32,890 nucleotides of DNA from NCBI GenBank assembly GCA_031267685.1, contig JAIRYV010000022.1, positions 1 to 32,890 on the forward strand, written 5' to 3'. Within the stretch, counting starts at the first letter, position 1. Every line of letters starts with the position of its first letter. This DNA is from Treponema sp. (GTDB taxonomy: Bacteria; Spirochaetota; Spirochaetia; Treponematales; Breznakiellaceae). A program made the position numbers and the translations under genes. Under the pieces are notes generated by a model. The model was given only the letters and a program-made list of their open reading frames with translations, did not search any database and was not told the origin of the DNA. Shown piece after piece: positions 1 to 5,928 of this stretch.

Positions 1-119
1 GCTATAGCCTTTGGGTGAAGAGCTATAGCCTTTGGGTGAAGAGCTATAGCCTTTGGGTGAAGAGCTATAGCCTTTGGGTGAAGAGCTATAGCCTTTGGGT
101 GAAGAGCTATAGCCTTTGA
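1..119. repeat. Tandem direct-repeat array 1. The 21-bp unit gctatagcctttgggtgaaga occurs as 5 perfect copies plus a 14-bp partial copy. The unit contains the perfect 8-bp palindrome gctatagc. The array may continue upstream of the window edge.
   Basis: Read directly: identical copies at 1-21, 22-42, 43-63, 64-84 and 85-105, and a truncated copy at 106-119. Confidence 0.95.
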
Positions 120-131
120 TTCCGATACTTG

Positions 132-160
132 TTGACATTGAGAAAAAGATAGCTTACACT
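132..160 (+). promoter_or_regulatory. Putative sigma70-type promoter: TTGACA (132-137), a 17-nt spacer, then TACACT (155-160). It lies immediately 3' of array 1 and about 140 nt upstream of the CDS starting at 302.
   Basis: Consensus -35 hexamer, 17-nt spacing, 4/6 match at -10, and the orientation fits the downstream gene. Confidence 0.45.
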
Positions 161-301
161 CAATCCATGAAGATACAGAGCATTTTCAAAGCGCATGCCT
201 ATCTAAGCGATGAACAGCAGGGCTTTTTGAACAAGACTCGTAGATGCCGCTGCTTTCTGTATAAGCCCCAGGCTTTAGGCACGGGGTTCTGACAGGCATA
301 T

Positions 302-1537
302 ATGGGTAAGACAAAGCTCCCTAATCAGACACAGCTTAAAGAAATCTATGACGCATACTTAGCTGTGCGGGTTTTAGTTACCAAAGACCTTGAACAGAGT
401 ATAGAAAAAGCGCTCTGTCCCATGCAATCTCACCCTACTGTCAAGGGCAGAGTTAAAGAGTTCGATAGCTTTTATAAAAAGTATCTCGGCCTGCTTAAAA
501 AAGGCGGCTCTGGGCTGCTTATAACCGATTTGGTCGGAATCAGGGTTATCTGCCCCTTCTTTGAGGATATTTTTGTTGTTGAAAATGTCCTCAAACAAAC
601 CTTTGAAGTTGTTGAAGTTGAACGCAAAGGGTCAAACTATTCTTTCAAAGAATTCGGCTATGAATCGACCCACCTGCTGATAAAACTTCCTAGCGAAGTC
701 AGAGAACAACGGGGGGATTGCGGTATTGACGTGGTTGAAGTGCAGATTCGTACAATACTGCAGGATGCCTGGGCTGAGGTTGAGCATGAGCTGGTGTACA
801 AGGCTGAGTTTACCCCTTTTGATGAACCTATGAAGCGTAAAATCGCGGCGCTCAACGCTAATCTCTTTCTTGCTGATACAATCTTTCAGGAAATCAGAGA
901 ACATCAGCGTAAGCTCAATGGCGAACTGGGCAAACGGCGCGGCTCTTTTTTTAAAAAGGTCGAAGAATCGACTGACCGGTTTTTGTTTGTCGAAGAAACC
1001 CTCGCGAACATTCGCGCAGGCGGTGAGCAAAGCGACCTGCTCCCGACCATACATTCCTCTCGTGCATCCATCGACGAGCTTTTGCTCAATGCCCTCTATG
1101 CCCATAACCGGAATCAGTTTGAGCAGGCTATTACGTTTTACACTCGCATCCTTGAGCTGCATCCCGATAACACCGTCTGTTCCCTTATTTATAAACATCG
1201 GGGCATGGCGAACTTTGCCCGCTCTCACTACGAGGATGCTATCACGGACTTTACTCAGGCGCTGGAACTGGACCCCAGCTCCTACAAGGCTCCGTATTAT
1301 CGGGGAATCGTGAAGGCTATATTACAGCGGTTCTCCGAAGCCATTGATGATTTCAGTCTTTCGCTTACCATGAACGCCTATCAGCCTTTCTGCCTGTATC
1401 GCCGCGGTCAAGCCTACTACCATGTTGGAGACCTGCTCCAGGCACTCACGGACTGTGAATCCGCGCTGAAACTAGAACCTAATTGTGAATCTGTACTGAA
1501 ATTCAAGGAGTTCCTGCTTGAGAAGCTCAAGATGTGA
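302..1537 (+). CDS. RelA/SpoT-family (p)ppGpp synthetase domain protein of the small-alarmone-synthetase type, with C-terminal TPR repeats
   Basis: N-terminal half carries synthetase-domain motifs (LITDLVGIRVICPFFEDI, YESTHLLIKLP, VEVQIRTILQDAWAEVEHELVYK). The C-terminal roughly 150 aa has 3-4 TPR-like repeats (AITFYTRILELHPDN, YEDAITDFTQALELDPSS, LLQALTDCESALKLEPN). ATG start. Confidence 0.9.
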   Translation: MGKTKLPNQTQLKEIYDAYLAVRVLVTKDLEQSIEKALCPMQSHPTVKGRVKEFDSFYKKYLGLLKKGGSGLLITDLVGIRVICPFFEDIFVVENVLKQTFEVVEVERKGSNYSFKEFGYESTHLLIKLPSEVREQRGDCGIDVVEVQIRTILQDAWAEVEHELVYKAEFTPFDEPMKRKIAALNANLFLADTIFQEIREHQRKLNGELGKRRGSFFKKVEESTDRFLFVEETLANIRAGGEQSDLLPTIHSSRASIDELLLNALYAHNRNQFEQAITFYTRILELHPDNTVCSLIYKHRGMANFARSHYEDAITDFTQALELDPSSYKAPYYRGIVKAILQRFSEAIDDFSLSLTMNAYQPFCLYRRGQAYYHVGDLLQALTDCESALKLEPNCESVLKFKEFLLEKLKM

Positions 1538-1638
1538 TTGGATACAGACACATCTCACGAACTTGCGCTTGAGTGAGCGCTCGTCATGTTTGAATCAGTC
1601 TAGCAATAAACGCCCTCTCCTTGTATAGTAACGCCATT

Positions 1639-3360
1639 ATGCGACATACAGGAGCAAGGATTTTGATTGAAGCCCTGATTGAACAGGGCGTGGATACGGT
1701 GTTTGGGTATCCGGGCGGCAAGGTGCTGGATATTTATGACGAGCTGTACCAGTGCCGGGACCGGATTCGGCATATTCTGGTGAGCCATGAGCAACATGCG
1801 GCGCATGCTGCCGACGGCTATGCCCGCTCAAGCGGCAAGGTGGGAGTTTGCCTTGCCACCTCTGGCCCGGGCGCGACTAATCTCGTAACCGGCATTGCCA
1901 CAGCCTATATGGACTCAGTACCGTTGGTGGCAATCACGGGCAATGTCGGCAGATCACTCTTAGGCAAGGACAGCTTTCAGGAAGTAGACACCGCTGGCAT
2001 CACCATGCCCATTGTTAAGCATAACTGGATCGTAAAAAGTGTAGAAGACCTGGCTGAAATCGTCCGCGAGGCGTTTATCGTGGCTGTTAGTGGCCGCCCT
2101 GGTCCCGTGCTTATCGACATTCCTGCAGACATCAGCGCGCTTGAGGCGGAAGTGCCTCTGATAGGAACGCTGGCGTCGCTCCCGATTCAGGGTGCGCGGG
2201 CATGGCGCCTGTCCCAGCGGAGTCTGAGGCAGACCTTTACGGAGGCTGACATTGACCGCGCTGTTAGTTTACTGGTCAAGGCAAAACGTCCGGCGATTTA
2301 CGCAGGCGGCGGCGTGATCATTTCTGGCGCATCTGCCAGACTGGTCGCACTTGCCGAGCGGCTGGACGCGCCAGTGAGCCTCAGCCTCATGGGGCTGGGA
2401 GCCATGCCATATGAACATCCGCTCTATACCGGCATGGTTGGTATGCACGGAAGTGTGGCGTCTAACAAGGCTATACAGCAGGCCGACCTCCTGATAGCAA
2501 TCGGCGTGCGTTTCTCAGACCGCGTTACTAGTAGTCCCGACAAGTTTGCGAGTAAGGCCAGGGTTTTGCACTTTGACATTGATCCGGCTGAGATTAACAA
2601 AAACATTCAAGCCGAAGTTTCGGTCATTGGGAATATCCACGATACCCTGAGCCATGTGCTTGAGAAGCTCCCGGCAGACATCAAGACCGAGTGGAATGAC
2701 GATATTAGCACATGGAAAAACGAGGTTCCTCATACGCATCACCGGAAAACCGCGCTCTATCCGCGCTTTATCATTGAAGAAACGGCAAAGGCGCTCAGAA
2801 CACTCGACAATGACGCTATTATTGTTACTGACGTTGGGCAGCATCAGATGTGGACAGCGCAGTTCTATCCCTTTTCAAAGCCGCGTTCCTTCCTTACTTC
2901 CGGCGGACTGGGAACCATGGGCTTTGGGCTTGGCGCAGCCTTGGGCGCAAAGGTCGCCAACCCGTTACGTCCGGTTGTGCTTTTCACTGGCGACGGCTGT
3001 TTCCGCATGAACTGCGCTGAACTGGGAACCTTGAGCGCCTATCACTTGCCCGTGCTGCTGGTGGTGTTCAGTAACGGCGTTCTCGGCATGGTGAGGCAGT
3101 GGCAGACTATTTTTTACGAAGGCCGCTACTCGGAAACCAACCTTGACCGTCCGCCTGATTTCGTGAAACTGGCCTCTGCATATAGCGTTGCAGGCTTCCG
3201 CGCTGACAGCGAAGCCAGCTTCATGGCCGCGCTTGAGGCTGCCATGCGGGAACTTGCCACAGGCCGTGCCGCTGTCATTGACGCCCATATCGACAAGGAC
3301 GAGCGCGTATTGCCAATGGTTCCCGGTGGCAAACCCATTGACGAGCAGATTCTGTCGTAG
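1639..3360 (+). CDS. Acetolactate synthase large-subunit-type thiamine-pyrophosphate enzyme. No small-subunit gene is adjacent, so it may be a catabolic ALS or a related TPP enzyme.
   Basis: 574 aa. The N-terminus reads GARILIEALIEQGVDTVFGYPGG. A TPP-binding motif (GDGCFRMN) is present. The whole length is AHAS-like. The ORF track begins at a TTG at 1621, but the ATG at 1639 fits AHAS N-termini better. Confidence 0.85.
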   Translation: MRHTGARILIEALIEQGVDTVFGYPGGKVLDIYDELYQCRDRIRHILVSHEQHAAHAADGYARSSGKVGVCLATSGPGATNLVTGIATAYMDSVPLVAITGNVGRSLLGKDSFQEVDTAGITMPIVKHNWIVKSVEDLAEIVREAFIVAVSGRPGPVLIDIPADISALEAEVPLIGTLASLPIQGARAWRLSQRSLRQTFTEADIDRAVSLLVKAKRPAIYAGGGVIISGASARLVALAERLDAPVSLSLMGLGAMPYEHPLYTGMVGMHGSVASNKAIQQADLLIAIGVRFSDRVTSSPDKFASKARVLHFDIDPAEINKNIQAEVSVIGNIHDTLSHVLEKLPADIKTEWNDDISTWKNEVPHTHHRKTALYPRFIIEETAKALRTLDNDAIIVTDVGQHQMWTAQFYPFSKPRSFLTSGGLGTMGFGLGAALGAKVANPLRPVVLFTGDGCFRMNCAELGTLSAYHLPVLLVVFSNGVLGMVRQWQTIFYEGRYSETNLDRPPDFVKLASAYSVAGFRADSEASFMAALEAAMRELATGRAAVIDAHIDKDERVLPMVPGGKPIDEQILS

Positions 3361-3363
3361 CTT

Positions 3364-3984
3364 TCACCTTTCCGTGAGTGCGCGCCAGGGGTTTTGCCTG
3401 AAGCGGATGAGCAGATACAGCCAGCCAAAGGCAAAACCCGCGAGGTGTGTTAAATGAGCTACGCTGCGCTGAAGCCCGAAGAATGAAGACGCCAGCTCAA
3501 TAATGGTGAAGACTAGCACCATAACTGGCGCACGCATGGGCAGAATCCCCCAGATGGCGATCACCGCATTGGGAAAAAACGTGGCGTAGGCGAGCTGTAC
3601 TGCGAAGATAGCGCCAGACGCGCCCAGAAGCCAGACCGTGTACGAGCCAGTGAGACAGTACACCGCAAGGGAAAAAGCGCCGGCAAGAAAGCCCGTAATC
3701 AGGTAGTAGCAGAGAAACTCAACGCTCCCCGTATACCGTTCAACCTGAGTCCCGAACATGAACAGGGCAAGCATATTAAGCAAGAGGTGGCTGATATTGC
3801 CGTGAGCAAACATATAGGTAAACACTTGCCATACCCATTTATTGCCGATTACCGCCAGAGGGTTCATGGCAAGGTAGACGCTAGTCATTGGGGCAAGCTG
3901 TTGTAGAGCAAAAACTACGACATTGATGCCAATGAGGATCAAGGCTACGTTGCCGGATTGGTAAAAACGATTAACTATTCTCAT
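3364..3984 (-). CDS. Rhomboid-family intramembrane serine protease
   Basis: 206 aa and polytopic. It has the GASGAIF (GxSG) catalytic-serine motif and a downstream AHLTHLAGFAFG histidine helix. It is convergent with the upstream gene, with only 3 nt between stop codons. Confidence 0.85.
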   Translation of the reverse strand: MRIVNRFYQSGNVALILIGINVVVFALQQLAPMTSVYLAMNPLAVIGNKWVWQVFTYMFAHGNISHLLLNMLALFMFGTQVERYTGSVEFLCYYLITGFLAGAFSLAVYCLTGSYTVWLLGASGAIFAVQLAYATFFPNAVIAIWGILPMRAPVMVLVFTIIELASSFFGLQRSVAHLTHLAGFAFGWLYLLIRFRQNPWRALTER

Positions 3985-4096
3985 AGTATGAAGATACGCT
4001 TGTTCTTGACGCTCGTAAAGCCATGATGAAGCACTTCCCTTTCTCTTAGTAGTTTACTATGATATATACACAAGTTTAATAATTAAGGAAGTTTGT

Positions 4097-5287
4097 ATGA
4101 CTGAACGTCAGGTCTATATTGATTATAACGCGACTACGCCTCTCCGTGCGGAGGTCAGAGCTGCTATGGTAACAGATCTCGATGTCTATGGAAATGCATC
4201 GAGTCAGCACGCACACGGGCGTTTAGCTCGTGCGCGGATTGAGGAAGCACGGGCTTCAGTGGGGGCGCTGGTGGGAGCGCCGCCTGATCGTATCATTTTT
4301 ACGTCAGGAGGCTCAGAATCAAACAACACTGTGTTCCAGACCATGCGCCAGCAGGGAACAGCTGAGGATGGGCATGTACTGGGCGGAAGAAGTGAGATTA
4401 TCACAAGCGCCATTGAGCATCCCTGTGTGCTTAACTCAGCCGCATTCCTGAAAAGTCTGGGGTTTAAGGTAACGTTCCTACCGGTTGACGGGCAGGGACT
4501 GGTGAAGCTGGACGCGCTCAAGGCTGCGCTTAACGAAAATACCCTCTTTGTGTCAATAATGATGGCCAATAACGAGATCGGGACCGTGCAGGATATCAAG
4601 GAAATCAGCCGGCTTGTGAAAGAGGCTGGCGCGTTCCTGCATAGCGACGCGGTACAGGCTGTGGGCAAGATTCCGGTGCACGTGGATGAGTTGGGCCTTG
4701 ATTATCTCACTATGTCTGCGCATAAGATTTACGGGCCAAAAGGGGTTGGGGCTTTGTATGTGAGGAAGGGAGCGCCTTTACTTCCCCTTATTCACGGCGG
4801 TCATCAGGAAGACGGGTTCCGTGCTGGAACATACAATAATATCGGCATACTGGGCTTTGGGCTGGCGGCTTCACTGGCGCTTGGGGAACTTGGCTCGTAT
4901 AGCCGGCACACAGCTGCCCTGCGCGACCGGCTGCGGGACGGCTTGCTGAAAAGAGTGCCAGACATCAAGATTAATGGTCATCCCACAGCAGTGCTTCCAA
5001 ACACGCTGAATGTTTCGTTTCCAGGAGCAGAAGGCGAGTCGATTCTGCTTTCAATGGACATTGAGGGTATTGAAGCATCGACCGGTTCAGCCTGCGCTTC
5101 AGGCAGCCTTGAGCCATCGCATGTACTCATGGCTATCGGCGTTGGGCCAGAGCTTGCCCACGGTTCCATCCGCTTCAGTCTTGGCTGGAACCTGAATGTG
5201 GACGATATTGACTATATCCTGCAAAAACTGCCGCCCATTATCATGCGGCTTCGTGCCATGTCCACTCTACGAAAGAAGGAGGAATAA
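4097..5287 (+). CDS. nifS: Cysteine desulfurase (NifS/IscS family, class V aminotransferase)
   Basis: 396 aa. PLP-lysine region SAHKIYGPKGVGALYVRK. C-terminal active-site Cys loop ASTGSACASGSLEPSHVL. AAGGAAG RBS before the ATG. Confidence 0.9.
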   Translation: MTERQVYIDYNATTPLRAEVRAAMVTDLDVYGNASSQHAHGRLARARIEEARASVGALVGAPPDRIIFTSGGSESNNTVFQTMRQQGTAEDGHVLGGRSEIITSAIEHPCVLNSAAFLKSLGFKVTFLPVDGQGLVKLDALKAALNENTLFVSIMMANNEIGTVQDIKEISRLVKEAGAFLHSDAVQAVGKIPVHVDELGLDYLTMSAHKIYGPKGVGALYVRKGAPLLPLIHGGHQEDGFRAGTYNNIGILGFGLAASLALGELGSYSRHTAALRDRLRDGLLKRVPDIKINGHPTAVLPNTLNVSFPGAEGESILLSMDIEGIEASTGSACASGSLEPSHVLMAIGVGPELAHGSIRFSLGWNLNVDDIDYILQKLPPIIMRLRAMSTLRKKEE

Positions 5288-5288
5288 T

Positions 5289-5882
5289 ATGGCTGGCTGG
5301 TTGTATTCAGATACGGTGAAAGAGCATTTCACCAATCCCCGGAACGCACTATTCGAGGATGAAGCGGATTTCCCCTGCGATGCACGTGGACAGACCGGAA
5401 ATATCAAGTGTGGGGATCAGATGCTCATGCTCCTCAGAATCAAGGACGATGTCATTACCGACGTGCGCTGGAAAACCTATGGCTGCGCTAGCGCTATTGC
5501 CTCGACAAGTATGCTGTCCGAGACCATCAAGGGCATGAACATCAGGGAGGCGTACTCGATTAGGCCGGAAGACCTGGTGCAAAAGCTCGGAGGTCTGCCC
5601 GATTACAAGATACATTGCTCGGTATTGGGGGACAAGGCGCTGCGAGCAGCTATTGATGACTATCTTGAAAAAACCGGACGCGCCGGTATGCTCAAAGAAG
5701 CGGCAACCACGATCTGCCAGTGTTTAGGCATCACTGATAAGGACATTGAAAACGCTTTTCAGAATGGCGCCCACAACTGGGAACAGCTCCAGCAGGCCAC
5801 CAAGATCGGTACAGTCTGTGGAAACTGTAAAGAGAAAGCCCTAGAACTATTGCACGAGTTCGTTCATATCTACGGTATTTGA
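5289..5882 (+). CDS. nifU: NifU-type Fe-S cluster scaffold: an IscU-like N-domain plus a BFD-like [2Fe-2S] C-domain
   Basis: The ATG at 5289 is preceded by AAGGAGGAATAAT, and it is 1 nt after the nifS stop. IscU motifs are present (CGDQMLM, GCASAIASTSM, HCSVLGDKALRAAIDDY). The C-terminal portion is CQCLGITDKD...CGNCK. The ORF track's 5196 start is a spurious 5' extension overlapping nifS. Confidence 0.9.
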   Translation: MAGWLYSDTVKEHFTNPRNALFEDEADFPCDARGQTGNIKCGDQMLMLLRIKDDVITDVRWKTYGCASAIASTSMLSETIKGMNIREAYSIRPEDLVQKLGGLPDYKIHCSVLGDKALRAAIDDYLEKTGRAGMLKEAATTICQCLGITDKDIENAFQNGAHNWEQLQQATKIGTVCGNCKEKALELLHEFVHIYGI

Positions 5883-5928
5883 CACGACTGCTTATAACAA
5901 GAGCCGCCTTCTGGCGGCTCTTCGTGTC
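5881..5928. terminator. Bipartite hairpin between the convergent nifU and 5928..8888 genes. Inner stem agagccgcc / ggcggctct (5900-5921, loop ttct). Outer stem gacacga / tcgtgtc.
   Basis: Perfect 9-bp GC-rich inner stem flanked by a perfect 7-bp outer stem, positioned between two convergent stop codons. T-tracts are weak (ttcgtgtc on plus; ttgttataag on minus). Confidence 0.45.

Noticed and set aside
632-1228. 198-aa minus-strand ORF inside the alarmone-synthetase gene
   Set aside because: The plus-strand frame carries conserved RelA/SpoT and TPR motifs. The antisense ORF has no motif or RBS.
302-1620. Toxin-antitoxin (toxSAS) interpretation of the alarmone synthetase gene
   Set aside because: There is no small adjacent antitoxin-like ORF, and the gene has its own promoter and a TPR fusion. 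Toxicity is not excluded, but a two-gene toxin-antitoxin module is not supported by the sequence.
1538-1638. Terminator after the alarmone-synthetase gene (gcgcttgagtgagcgc dyad)
   Set aside because: The inverted repeat matches at only 5 of 6 positions and is followed by a weak T-run. It is too marginal to call.
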